64,000 nucleotides of DNA, taken from Carcharhinus amblyrhynchos. Taxonomy: Eukaryota. A program made the position numbers and the translations under genes. Positions 52,509 through 64,000 of the stretch are shown piece by piece (within the stretch, counting starts at the first letter, position 1; each line of letters opens with the position of its first letter). The notes under the pieces are model-generated. The model was not told the origin of the DNA. It saw nothing but the letters and a program-made list of their open reading frames with translations, and did not search any database. The DNA is taken from the NCBI GenBank assembly GCA_965287045.1, contig OZ336876.1, forward strand, positions 57,288,001 to 57,352,000, given 5' to 3'.

Positions 52509-52669
52509 ATTTGCTCTGTTCTCTCTCCACAGATACTGTCAGACCTGCAGAGATTTTTTAGCATTTTCTATTTTTGTCGGTTTTGTCATATTTGGTTCCC
52601 TCGTCTAAATCACTTATATAGACTGGAAATGGCAGAGCCCCAAGAATTGATCCTTGCAGCATTCTATTA

Positions 52670-52910
52670 GTTACGCCCTGCCATTCCAAAAATGACCCAT
52701 TTATTCCAACTCTGTTTTCTGTCCGTTAACATGGATTTAGGACTGATAAAATTAAGCTCAATTCCATAAGTCCTAATCTTGCATATCAACCTTCTGTGTA
52801 ACATCTTATTTAGGGCCTTCTCAGAATACAATATACTACATCCTCTGCTGTCTCTCATCTGCTGGTTAAACCATCAAAAACGTGAGAGATTTATCAAACA
52901 TTACTTTCTT
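52670..52910 (-). mobile_element. Old CR1 RT fragment
   Basis: KALNKMLHRRLICKIRTYGI..LTDRKQ. Confidence 0.65.
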
Positions 52911-54964
52911 GAATAATAGTATTGACAGCTTGTGCATATGGTGATCGCATCACGATAAGAAAGCGTAATGGTTAAAACATTCCTTTGCATATTACAATGT
53001 GCTTTGAAAGTTTCTTTCAACTTTTCCCTTTGCTCCAATAATCTTGTACAAATCTACTTCCTGTCAAATGCTTCAATGTAGAGAAAAAAAATCGAACTTG
53101 AAGTACAAGAAACCTCAAAAATGCAAAGCATTTTTAATATTGGTTGTTAAATTAAATACAGGACAATGGACAAAGTCAAGTAGTAAACAACATTTTTGTG
53201 GGGGTCTATTTTAAGCTGTTTTTAATGGGTTAAACTTATCAAAGTTGTAGAATCCAGCTGCAAAACATTTAAAACCTTTTTAAGAGCCATACTTCACTAA
53301 AACCACGAGTGGTAATGGTGATCTTAACAGTTTCAACAAATTCATACACGATGTATCACATATTTGATAGTTGTGTGTGTGTAGGATAATCATCAATAGA
53401 AGGAATAATGATGCACCTTAAACAGTTAAGTCTATTTAAAATCAGTGGACTCTTCTCCATGATCTATCGATTGATGACCAGTTTTTAAATTCATTACTAG
53501 CATCAGAGCTGCATGTAGTTGATTTCTGTGTTCCAATCCAAATTTAGAATAAAATGCCAATGTGGCAATTCTTCAGGATTAATCATTAGAAGAAATTTAA
53601 GCTAGGAGTACACTGCTTGGCATTTCATATCTAAAGTGAATATGAAAAAATAATAATTTCAGATCCTTAATGCCTTTCAAATAAATCTTTCCTGATAAAA
53701 CAAAATTAAAAACCTCAAGAAACATTACAGGTACACATCTCTGGTTCCACTCAATTCTTGTATCAGTCAGTGTCTTTCTATGTGCTTAAGTAACCATTGA
53801 ATCAATGCCCTCCACCTGCACATATTTAATGTCAATTGATATAATTAGCAACATGGAGTAATTGAGAAAAAAAACGATGGATTTAAGGGGAACCTAGGTA
53901 AGTACATGATGGAGGGAAAAACAGGTACTTAAGCTGACAGGATTAGAAGAGTAGGGTGGGAGGCTGGTCATGTTATGCACCAGCATAGACCTAAGTATTG
54001 TAAATTTTGCATAATGTAATTCTATGAAAGTTCAATGTATATATGAAATTTGCAATAATTTCTAACAAGCTAAAATAGAACTCCATTTTCATTATCTCAA
54101 GCTTTATCAAGTTTGTCACCCTACAAAGAAATTCAGCAAAAATGAGATCGGCTAATTGAGCATGTGATACTCTTTTTTTCCCAATTAAACTAAAGGTAAT
54201 GGTAACATTTTTTAGTGTAACAAGCAGCCTTACATTAATACTGCAATGAACTTACTGTGAAAATCCCCTTGTCACCACACTGTTGTGTTAGTTCTGTGTC
54301 AGGCCCGCATGATCACTAACATGAAATCTTGTAGTATCTGAATTTACCAAACACCCACAGTAAAGAAGGTCATGCTGGATACAATATTATTCCAGCTCAA
54401 TGTGATTTTTAAGTTCAATTTTAAGTTCCGTCCAAATGTCCAACCACACATGAATAAAACTTTCTTGCAAAGTCTAATATCAGCTGTATGCAGTAATATA
54501 ATTTGAGACTGTTGAATAAGTTTTGCATTCTCCAAATATTATTAGACCAGTATCTGTACTAAAACTGCATGCTATAAACAACTCCTGTTGTCATTAACTA
54601 TGTAAAAATTGTTATTATGGCTCAATATTTACTTGCTCGTGATTTCTGAAGGTGGGGAGAACCCAGAAACACTGTTGTCCTTGCATGCTGTGGAGTTTTA
54701 ATTTGAGGGAATGTGTGTTTCTTTTTTTTAAAATTGATTTGCTGCCCAACTGCCAACTTGAACGACTGGTTTGGTTATTTGTCAGTAGAAAATGCTCCAA
54801 AAAAAAAACAAGGAGTTGGTGATTTTGGGGGGCAGCAATCAAGGGGTGGGGATACAATGTGGTTAGGAAGTGGAGGTCAAAGATTGGTCAAAGATTAGGG
54901 GAGAAATGAGAAGTTGAGGGAAGAGTTGGAGGTCACAGGGGTTGGATATTGGGAGAGCTAAATT

Positions 54965-55267
54965 TTAAGTTTATTTATTAGTGTCATAAGTAGGCTTACA
55001 TTAACACTGCAATGAAATCACTGTGAAAATGCCCTAGTCACCACACTCCAGCATCTGTAGGAATACACTGAGGGAGAACTTAGCATGGCCAACGCACTTA
55101 ACCTGCACATCTTTGGACTGTGGGAGGAAACTGGAGCACCCAGAGGAAACCCATGCAGACACGGGGAGAATGTGCAGACGCCACGCTGACATTGACTCAA
55201 GCCAGGAATGGAACCCGGATCCCTGGCGCTGTAAGGCAGCATTGCTAACCACTGTGCCACCGTGCCG
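54965..55267 (-). mobile_element. Full-length V-SINE-like SINE with alternative tail
   Basis: Reverse complement ggcacggtggcacagtggttagc head, V core, and the same tail as 17127-17392. Confidence 0.9.
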
Positions 55268-57074
55268 ATTAATTCATGGGGAAAGGAGGAAGGAGAGATC
55301 GGGGAGATGAGTGGAATGCATGTATGTTAGCTTACTGTGGAATGACCACATTTTCTAACCCAAGTCCAGGGCTACGTTCCCTCACCCTCACAAACCAACT
55401 CAGGTCAAAGGGTGCTCTGATCGAGCTCCAGCTGCTGTTCATTAGTCCAGTTACCAGCAGCTTTGGTTATTTCAATATTTTGATTCCTGGTCTATTTTCT
55501 CTTCACTGCATTTCTCAGAAAAACGATGTGTAATCCTAGAGGGGTGGGGTGAGGTGAGGAAGGGCACTTACAGGGTATGTCTTTGATTAAAGTCTCCCAG
55601 TTAATCCAATGTTTCTATTGGTTGAAAACATGATATTGCCATCCATCTCACCAATCAGAATCTGCCCCAGAAATGTTATTAACTAGGCACTTCTAATTTG
55701 TACCAGCTTGGCCTTTAATAGGACATTCATTTGAGGACGATGCTCAAGGGGCTCTTCCAGAGGCAAAACACCTAATCTGGGACACTGTCCCCTGTAAATG
55801 AGAGTGTATAGTCCTAGCTTACTGAGCCTGGAGTAGTCTTCCTGATTCTCCTAGTCAACAAGCAATTCTGTAAAGGCACTTAACTAATAGATCCGCCCCT
55901 TCCTGTGTTCTTTTATCTACCCGGTTTTCTAAGGCTCGGGATATATAGCTAACTTGCTTCAAAACTGAAACCCTGTTAACTGAAGGAATTTAACATTTAA
56001 CAGATTTCAGTGAGCAACTCACCTTCTGGACAGAGATGGGTTGCCCACCCATAGTCCCAGCTTCATTAAAAAGGGAAGTGGAGAGGTTCAAGGTAGGCTT
56101 CAGATGTTTTTGAACACCTTAACTTCCCACCAGACCCGAAGCCATCCATTTTTGGGGGCTTAAAATTACCCCCAAATTATCTACCTATAATTCTTTACAA
56201 TGATTTTGCTTTATTTTCTAAACAGTTTTGTGACCAGTGACTGAATGCGTACTCGGAGCCCTAGACTTATATTTTTTTCTTTCCCAATAATAAAATTATA
56301 TTTTTCATCTCTACCATTGATCTGGTCATTATTTAGCATTTACTATAGTGAAAAGCCACATTGAAAAGTTTATCTTAATGCATCTTGCTTTTAAATTGAT
56401 TCAGAAAATACGGCTTATGCGGTTTGATAGAGTATACAAGGATTGGTAGTTTATAGAAAAATAAACCAACTGATGCTTCGTGTCATAATTCTAGCACTTC
56501 CAACTATACAAACGTCTTGCGCATGTTTCATACCACATTTGTTTATTTTTTGATTCAAGTCCATCATCTAATGGTTAGTGGAGTCCTTTGGCACATCATT
56601 TTTCATGTGCTCTACTAAGTTATGATTAATTATTAATTATCCAATGTAAAAAGTGATCAATTTGGTCATTTACATGGACATGACAATGTAAATCTGGTGC
56701 ACTAAATATTTTATTCTGCCAGCTTATCCTTTATATGCTGTGCAAAAGACAAATATAAAAAGGTTACAAGAAGGACATATTATTTACTGTTTACCAAAAT
56801 TTTGTTAAAAATCGACATTATTATAATCACTTTAAGCTGTGCAATATGTTTTTGTGGTTTGCATTGTGTGGTCCTCCCTTACTGCTTCTAGCCAAACCTT
56901 ACAACAGAACAGTGAATAATTTTGTTTCCATGTAATTTTGCAGAAATTGTAGGAGTAGAATAAACCTCTTCTGTGCTGCACTTAACAACTGGATCCCTAC
57001 TCTTCTTAACTCCACAAGATGTTTTTGAAACAACTTAATAATAATGTGGAAGAGGATAAATCTTTAATTGGTGC

Positions 57075-57320
57075 AATTTTTTCACCATTTAAATAATATT
57101 ACATTTTGCTGTTATTCCTACCAAAATGGATGACTTCACATTTACCAACATTGTACTCCATCTGCCCACTCACTTAGATTATCTATATCCCTTTGAGGAG
57201 TTTGTGTCTTCTGCACACTTCGTTCTGCCACTCATCTTAGTGTCATCTGAGAATTTTGACACACTACATTTGGTCCCTAACTCCAAATTATCCATGCAAA
57301 TAGTAAACAAGTGCAGTCCT
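57075..57320 (-). mobile_element. CR1 RT fragment
   Basis: Homologous to 2750-3000. Confidence 0.8.
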
Positions 57321-58784
57321 TTGTTCTGAACTTTTTAAAAATGCTAATCAACATTACCAATCCAATTTCCAAAACACTCAGTAGAATTTTTTCAGAACAT
57401 TTATTTGCTTTTGATATGTGATATAATCTATTTTCATTTATTGAGAATTCTGAGAAAAATGTAAAGGCATAGACTTTTACTAGTTGATTTTGTGGTCAGC
57501 GTGTTGTGGAGTGTTAGTGCTGGGGTTGATTTTTGCACTTTGCTGAACTGAGTGTTGAGTTGCACGGTGTCCAAATAGAGTAACGTTCTTTCGCCAAGAT
57601 ATTTGTGTATTCATACATCATCTAATCTTAGAGCCTCTAGGATTGAGGTTCCTAACTAGCAACAATTCATGGGCAGTCTGTTTTGCTGTGAACCAATCTC
57701 CAATAAAGGCCAGGGCACTCAAATTAAATACAAACATTCAAGCCTTGAAGTAATGGCTTGAGATTCCTATTTCTGATTAAATAATCCACTAAGGAGAATG
57801 AAATTTCAGATGAATGCCTCCAGTATTCTTAGATTAGTCATCCATAATATCATTCTAAGGCTTGAGATGAGTACTCAAACTTATTTTACTCGCAACGGCA
57901 ATAGATCCCTGTGTTTTCAGATGAGCTCCAAAACTTCGCAAATGACTGAAGTGGATATTGTTAATTACATGTACTAAATGCCCTCTTCTCATGTTCTCCA
58001 CCTCCAAATCACCTGCAACACCTGTCATAGTCTGTGCTCAATTTATGAATTTGTATTGTTAGATAGCATGGAGTAGAATCATACTTTCTGAGGAATACAA
58101 CTTCATTGTTGGAACATATCATTCATGATGCGCACTAGGTAACATTTGAGGAAACCTAACAAAATGCATCATTTAATAAAGTGGTCAAAGTGGTCAGAAC
58201 AGAATGCAAACATAAATGTCAACCTAAAAAAAAATCAAAAGCTGCTCCAACAGCTTCAAAAAACCTGACAGAGCTGCAGAAAGACTAATAGGGCATAAAC
58301 TGTAATGAATATCACCCACTTAATTTCTTCAATCAGATTTCTGCCCCTCTCACAACAATCATTCGAAGCAAAGTCATGAATGTAAAATGCACTGTGACTG
58401 TAAGTATGCTGCAATGCAACTTCTGACACATATTGTAGTCTTTGACGAAATAACTACATCACCCTCTAATGCCTCCTCTTCCTCTACTTCTCAACTTGCC
58501 TTCAATTGTTATTAAATTTTTAGTGTTACTATTCAATCTGCTTCTAGATGCTTAATGAGCATTCTGAAACACAAAGGAAGTGGAGAAGTTGAAAGAGGAA
58601 GCAGTGAAGAAGAGCTGGATGTTATCACCATGTATATATAATCTTGTTTTAGATCTTTGGTCTTTGGATAATTGTCACCAAGGGGAACTTGAAGAGGAAG
58701 GGGTAGATATTCTTAGATGAATGTACAGGTAATGAAGAAGGTGGGCAGAAAGCTGTTGCTGGAGATGCTCTGGGTGCTTGAGCT

Positions 58785-59530
58785 CACAAGTTGTATTCAT
58801 GCCACGCAACTGCCAGCCAATGGCCATCTCCAACAGTAGAGAATCTGACCATCTCCCCCAATATGCAATGTCATTACAATCCCTCAATTCCCCACTTTCA
58901 ACATTCTAAATTGACTAGCTATATAAAATACTGTAGCTACAAGAGGTTAGAGGGTAGGAATTCTGTGGTAACTCACCCCCCCCCCTCCCCCCGACTCTCC
59001 AAAGCTCATTCACTATCTACAGCGTGTAAGTCAGGAATATGATAGAATACCATCTACTTGACTGGATGAGTACAGCTCCAACAGTACACTAGGCTATCCA
59101 GGACAAGGCAGCCTGCTTGACTGGCACCCCATCCAGCATCTTCAATATTCACTCTCTCCATCACCAATACATAGTAGCAAGAGTGCATACGATCTACAAG
59201 ATGCATTGTAGCAATTCACTAAGGCTCAATCAACAGCATCTTCCAAATCCACAGGCTCTACTACCAAGAAGAACAAGTGCAAAAGATGCATGGGAACACC
59301 ACCACCTCCAAGTTTCCTTCCAAGCCACACACCATCCCGAGTTGAAACAATACTGTCATTCTCTCACCGTTGCTGGGTCAAAATCTTGAAACTATCTCCC
59401 TAACAGCAGTTGGTATACCTACATCACATGGACTGTATTGTTTCAAGAAGGCAGCTCATTACCCTCTTCTCATGGGTAACAAATGCTGGCCTAGCCAGTG
59501 ACGCCCACATCTTGACAGAGAATATAAAAG
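58785..59530 (+). mobile_element. CR1/L2-group LINE 3' fragment
   Basis: NIHSLHHQYIVARVHTIYKMHCSNSLR..QHLPNPQ; same family as 11630-12170. Confidence 0.75.
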
Positions 59531-59931
59531 AATACAAGGCAAAGTGAAACCAAGTGAGGACAACAACTAAGCTAAATAACAAAGGCATGGTGTTGGATGA
59601 TGATGGTATGGTTGAACATACCAAAGGCTGCAAAGAGAAAAAAGATGGATAATGCTTAAAAGTCACAGGCACAAAGAATACCTCTTATGACTCCCATTAT
59701 TGCTGTTTCAATACTGTGGGAGACTTAGAAACTTGATTGATGAGATTCAAATTTGAAGTGCCAATAAAGATGGATATATAAAAGCAAAATACTGCTGATG
59801 CTGGAATCTGAAACAAAAACAGAAAATGCTGCAAAATCTCAGCCGATCTGACAGCGTCTGTGGAGAGAGAATAGAGCCAACATTTTGACTCTGGGTGACC
59901 CGTCATCAGAGCTATGAGCAAAGAATCATCA

Positions 59932-60331
59932 CGTGGATGTGCCGGCGTTGGACTGGGGTAAACACAGTAAAAAGTCTGACAACGCCAGGTTTTAGTCCAA
60001 CCGATTTATTTGATCGTAAACTCACAAGCTTTCGAGGGGACTCCCTCTTCGTCAGGTGAATGGAGAGTTCTGGCCTCGGACAAAGCATATAAAGCACAGA
60101 CAGTTTAGAGATTACTGATTAGAATGCGAATCTTTACACCTAACCTGCTGTTCAAGTCCTAAAGTGGCTGACAATGTGTGTGGAAGGAGCACTGATCACA
60201 GGTTAAAGAGATGTGTATTGTCTCCAGACAGCACAGTGAGTGAGGTTTTGCAAACCCAGGCAAGTCACGGGGGTTACAGATAGTGCGACTTGAATCCAAG
60301 ATCCCTGTTGAGACCGTCCTCTGACTTTTTA
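59932..60331 (-). mobile_element. Young PLE 3' end (same family as 23930-24840) nested in the older PLE, 13-bp TSD
   Basis: TSD caaagaatcatca at 59919-59931 and 60332-60344; near-identical to 23930-24320. Confidence 0.9.
60022..60059 (-). ncRNA. Minimal type I hammerhead ribozyme motif, core intact
   Basis: Reverse complement TCAC-CTGACGA-A-GAGGG-AGTC-CCCTC-GAAA-GCTT-GTGA: both cores, 5-bp helix II, UCAC/GUGA helix I, palindromic AAGCUU. Confidence 0.82.
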
Positions 60332-62114
60332 CAAAGAATCATCAGCAGAGACTTAGGCCACGAGAGTGGGGGCTGCTATAATTGGACAAAGGGAATGTAA
60401 ATGAGGATGAAAAAGGTTGAGAAAGATGCTGAAAGAGTTAATTAAGTGATCAGAATGTGTGAATGGCAGGATAGAGGGACAGAGTTAAAGGACTGACTAA
60501 GAATATGGCAGCTGCCCTGAAGGGTTGGGGATGCAAAAATAAAAGTGAGAAAGAAGGATGATAAAAATAGATGATTGAGATGAAAAGAAATAAAATAAAT
60601 GGAAATGAGGTGAAAATGGAGAGTTCATGCTCTGAAGTTGTTGAACTCAATGTTCAGTCCGAAATGCTGTAAATCAAGGTGCTGTTCCTTCAGTTTGTGT
60701 TGGGGTTCACTGGAACATTGCAAAAGGCCAAGGACGGATATGTGGACAGGGGAGCAGGGTGGTGTGTTGAAGTGGCAAGCAATGGGAAGGTCTGGGTCCT
60801 GCTTGTGGACAGACCAAAGGTGTTCAGCAAAGCAGTTAACCAGTCTGCATTTGGTCTCTCCAATGTAGAATAAGCCATATTGGAAGCAACGAATGCATTA
60901 GACCAAATTGAAGGAGATGTATGTGAAGCGCTGCTTCACCTGAAAGAGGCGTTTCGGACCTGGGATGGTGAGCAGGTAGGAGGTAAAGGGGCAGGTGTTG
61001 CACCTTCTACGATTGCGTGGGAAGGTGTTGTGGGCAGGGAGTGAGGTGTTGAGTGTGATGGAGGAGTGGACCAGAGAGAATGTCCCTGCAGAATGCTGAC
61101 AGGGGAATGCAGGGAAGATGCGTTGAGTAATGGAATCATGCTGGAGTTGGCAGAAATGGTGGAGGATGATCCTTTGAATATGAAGACTGGTGAGGTGAAA
61201 AGTGAGGACAAGGGGAACCCTATCTTGGTTTGGAGGTAAGGGAGTGGGTGAGAGCAGTGGCTTGGGGAATGGGTTGGATGTGGTTGAGAGCCTGATCAAC
61301 CAAAATGGATAGAAAACCATGATTGAGAAGGAAGACATATCAGTAATGCTATTTTGGAAAGTGGCATCATCAGAATAGATACAGCGGAGGTGAAAGAAAT
61401 GAGAGAATGGGACAGAGTCTTTACATGATGTAGGGTGTGAAGAACTTAAGTCAAGGCAGCTGTGGGAGTCAGTGGGCTTGTAATAGATGCTGGTGGACAG
61501 TTTATTATCAGAAATGGAGACAGAAGTCAGGGAAGAGAAGAGAATTGTCAGAGATGGACCATGTGAAAGTGATAGGGGGGTGGAAATTGGAAGCAAAATT
61601 GATAAACTTTTCCAGGCGCGCCACACCTTGGAGGAAGTGAGACGGTTAAAGGATAAAGTGAGAGAAAAAGTTCAGCCAGATTGAAGAGTGGTGGTAGATG
61701 AGGATTGTCCAGACCTCTGTTCAAGAAAGTAGTAAAGAACTTCAAAGCCATTTGAGGGGGATGGAGGTGTAGAGGGATTGGATATCCACGGTGAGGAGCC
61801 GCCAATTGGGCCAGGGAACTGGAAGTTGTTGATATGGTATATGGCATCAGAAGAATCGTGGATGTAGGTGGGAAGGGACTGGACAAGAGAGAGAATGGAG
61901 TCAAGACAGGAGGAAATGTGTTTAGTGGGGCAGTAATAGGCTATGGCTGTTTCTTCTACATTTCTTCTTTTTGTCTCATCCATCCATTTTTATCATCCTT
62001 CTTTCTCACCTCCATGTTTCTGCTTCTCCATTCCCACTTTCCATTCTGCTCTCCTCCTCCCTCACTTCAGTGCAGCTGCTATATTCCTAGGCAGTCCCTT
62101 TACCATCTTAAAAG

Positions 62115-62440
62115 TTAATCTACCAGTCACAAATAGGCTTACATTAATACTGCAACAAATTTACTGTGAAAATCTCCTAGTTGCCACAGTCCAGCATCTG
62201 TTCGGGTATAGCGGGGGAGAATTTATCATGGCTAATCCACCTAACCAGCATGTCTTTGGACTACGGGAGAAAACCAGAGTATCCGGGAGAAACCCATGCA
62301 GAAGTGGGGAGAAAGTGCAAACTCCGCACAGACAGTGGCCCAAGCCAGGAATCGAACCTCAGTCCCTAGCGCTGTGGGGCAGCAGTGCTAACCACTGTGT
62401 CACTGTGTTGCCCTCAACACTGTGCCATTGTGCCACCCTC
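62115..62440 (-). mobile_element. V-SINE-like SINE (alternative tail) nested in the PLE arm
   Basis: Homologous to 54965-55267. Confidence 0.85.
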
Positions 62441-62699
62441 TGTACCTCCATTCTATCATTCACACATTCTTGTCACTTAATGGACACTTTTAGTACCTTT
62501 CTCAGCCTTCTTTGTTATTATTTACATTCCCGTTGTCTAATTAAAGACCCGTCCCTCTACCCTCATAGTATAAATCTCTGCTGATTTTCTTTGCTCTTAG
62601 CTTTAATGAAGGGTCATCCAGATTCAAAACATTGGCTCTATTCTCTCTACACAGATGCTGTCAGATCTGCAAAGATGGGTGTGTGTTTGGGAAGCAACG

Positions 62700-63292
62700 C
62701 AGCACCAGCAAAGTCCCTCAACGCAGAAGCTTTAATTAAGAAAGCCCTCAATGCCTCCCCTTTCTCAGGAGGGTAAGAAAATTTGGCATTTCTGCTACAA
62801 CTCTCACCAACTTTTATAGATGTACCATAGAAAACTTTCTTTCTGGTTGTATTACAGCTTGGTATGGCTCCTGCTCTGTCCAAGGCCGCAAAAAACTACA
62901 AAGGGTCATGAATGAAGCCCAGTCCATCACGCGAACCAGCCTCCCGTCCATTGACTCTGTCTACACATCCTGCTGCCTTGGAAAAGCAGCCAGCATAATC
63001 AAGGACCCCATGCACCTAGGACACACTCTCTTCCATCTTCATCCATCAGGAAAACTTATATAAGTCATGTACCAACCAACTCAAGAATAGCTTCTTCCCA
63101 GACTTTTGAGTGGACCTACCTCATATTAAGTTGATCTTTCTCTACACCCTAGCTATGATTGCAAAACTACATTCTGCACTCTCTCCTTTCCTTCTCTATG
63201 CACAATATGCATCATCTGTACACAGCGAAAGAAACAATGCTTTCACTGTATACTAATACATGCAACAAAAATAAATTAAATCAAAAATCAAA
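62700..63292 (+). mobile_element. Rex1-type LINE 3' fragment
   Basis: Homologous to the reverse complement of 27568-28032 and to 1-245. Confidence 0.85.
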
Positions 63293-64000
63293 ATAATTCC
63301 TTCTTGCAATTATGGCAAAGCTCATGAAAACTGTAATGAATATGAGCCTGTTGCAACAAGCAAGTAACAACTAAACTACAAGTCCAACAGTTTGACTCAG
63401 GGAATTACTCCATTCATAATCTTGTGGTGGACTATTATCATAAGCATTGCAATCACTCAATAGTCCAGTTTTTACTGCCAAAATAACTTTGTTAAATGAC
63501 ACTTGTGTAAATAATCCAGCAACTTGAGGTAAGGAAGATATTTAAGTTATGAAAAGCTGTTTGATCATTTGTGCCACTCCAATGCTAGCCTTGCAAAAAC
63601 ATCCCTCCATCAACCTCCAAACATTTCACAAAATTGCTGTATTTGCACATTAATTGAATAAATGTGGTACAGAAAGTTAGAAATACAATTTAATAGCACA
63701 AGTACCTTCTTAATAAGTAGATTTATAGTCATGCAATGTTACCAATGTGGGGGATAAACTAGGGATCAGAGGCATGGGAAATTGGGCTCGGGGGTTGGAG
63801 GAGCAGCAGGCTCGCAGCCTTGGCTGTTGTGTACAATTGTGGGTGCAGGGAGGATGATTGGTGTTGCACAATTAATCCAGAAAATAATGTGAAAGGCACT
63901 TAAGGATCCAGTAATCCTTTGGTTTTCCATGTCCAGAGAAACCCAACTGCCCAAAATTGAATTTGAAACAATGGATTAATTTGGATACCAGTATCATTAT

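Larger units (their letters stand above)
59780..62670 (-). mobile_element. Large degenerate Penelope-like element (RT and GIY-YIG remnants) with inverted pLTR and nested insertions
   Basis: Minus-strand fragments ISSCLDSIL..SLPTYIHDSSD, LSTSIYYKPTDSHSCLD..SSHP, RRRCNTCP..FQVKQRFT. Region 61960-62670 is an inverted copy of 59842-59915 plus 60345-60600. aaagatgg flanks both ends. Confidence 0.85.

Noticed and set aside
52028-52561. 177-aa ORF
   Set aside because: It lies in the GC-rich MITE interior, runs across its boundary and has no recognisable domain.
60620-60645. Possible SUPT3H exon 2 (ELQSM-like on the minus strand)
   Set aside because: It lies within the PLE ORF terminus (NIEFNNFRA*) and lacks the surrounding SUPT3H residues and a donor site.
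61943-62584. 213-aa ORF
   Set aside because: Chance read-through of PLE UTR and antisense SINE sequence.

Overview
Eukaryotic, AT-rich, repeat-dense vertebrate DNA. The HE1/V-SINE-like, SacSINE1/Deu-like, CR1, Rex1, Penelope-like and Harbinger repeats point to an elasmobranch, probably a shark. Only one host coding exon is supported: an 85-bp minus-strand SUPT3H exon (38505-38589, [28 protein letters not shown]) with canonical splice sites. The rest is intronic. In jawed vertebrates this gene is interleaved with RUNX2, so the window probably lies in the RUNX2 regulatory landscape. Most ORFs in the track are retroelement debris or chance. Main observations: (i) at least four Penelope-like (PLE) insertions with the same inverted, fold-back architecture, three of them with 12-13-bp target-site duplications (TSDs); (ii) minimal hammerhead-ribozyme motifs in these elements, some with intact cores and others apparently disabled by CpG decay; (iii) a chimeric U2-snRNA-derived element; (iv) two short-range templated duplications sitting in or at LINE junctions; (v) a Harbinger-type MITE inserted at a hammerhead cleavage site; (vi) fossil Harbinger transposase and Myb/SANT genes; (vii) a candidate exon antisense to SUPT3H. 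Repeat boundaries were read by eye and are approximate unless a TSD is quoted. Family names come from recalled consensus sequences, not from a database search.
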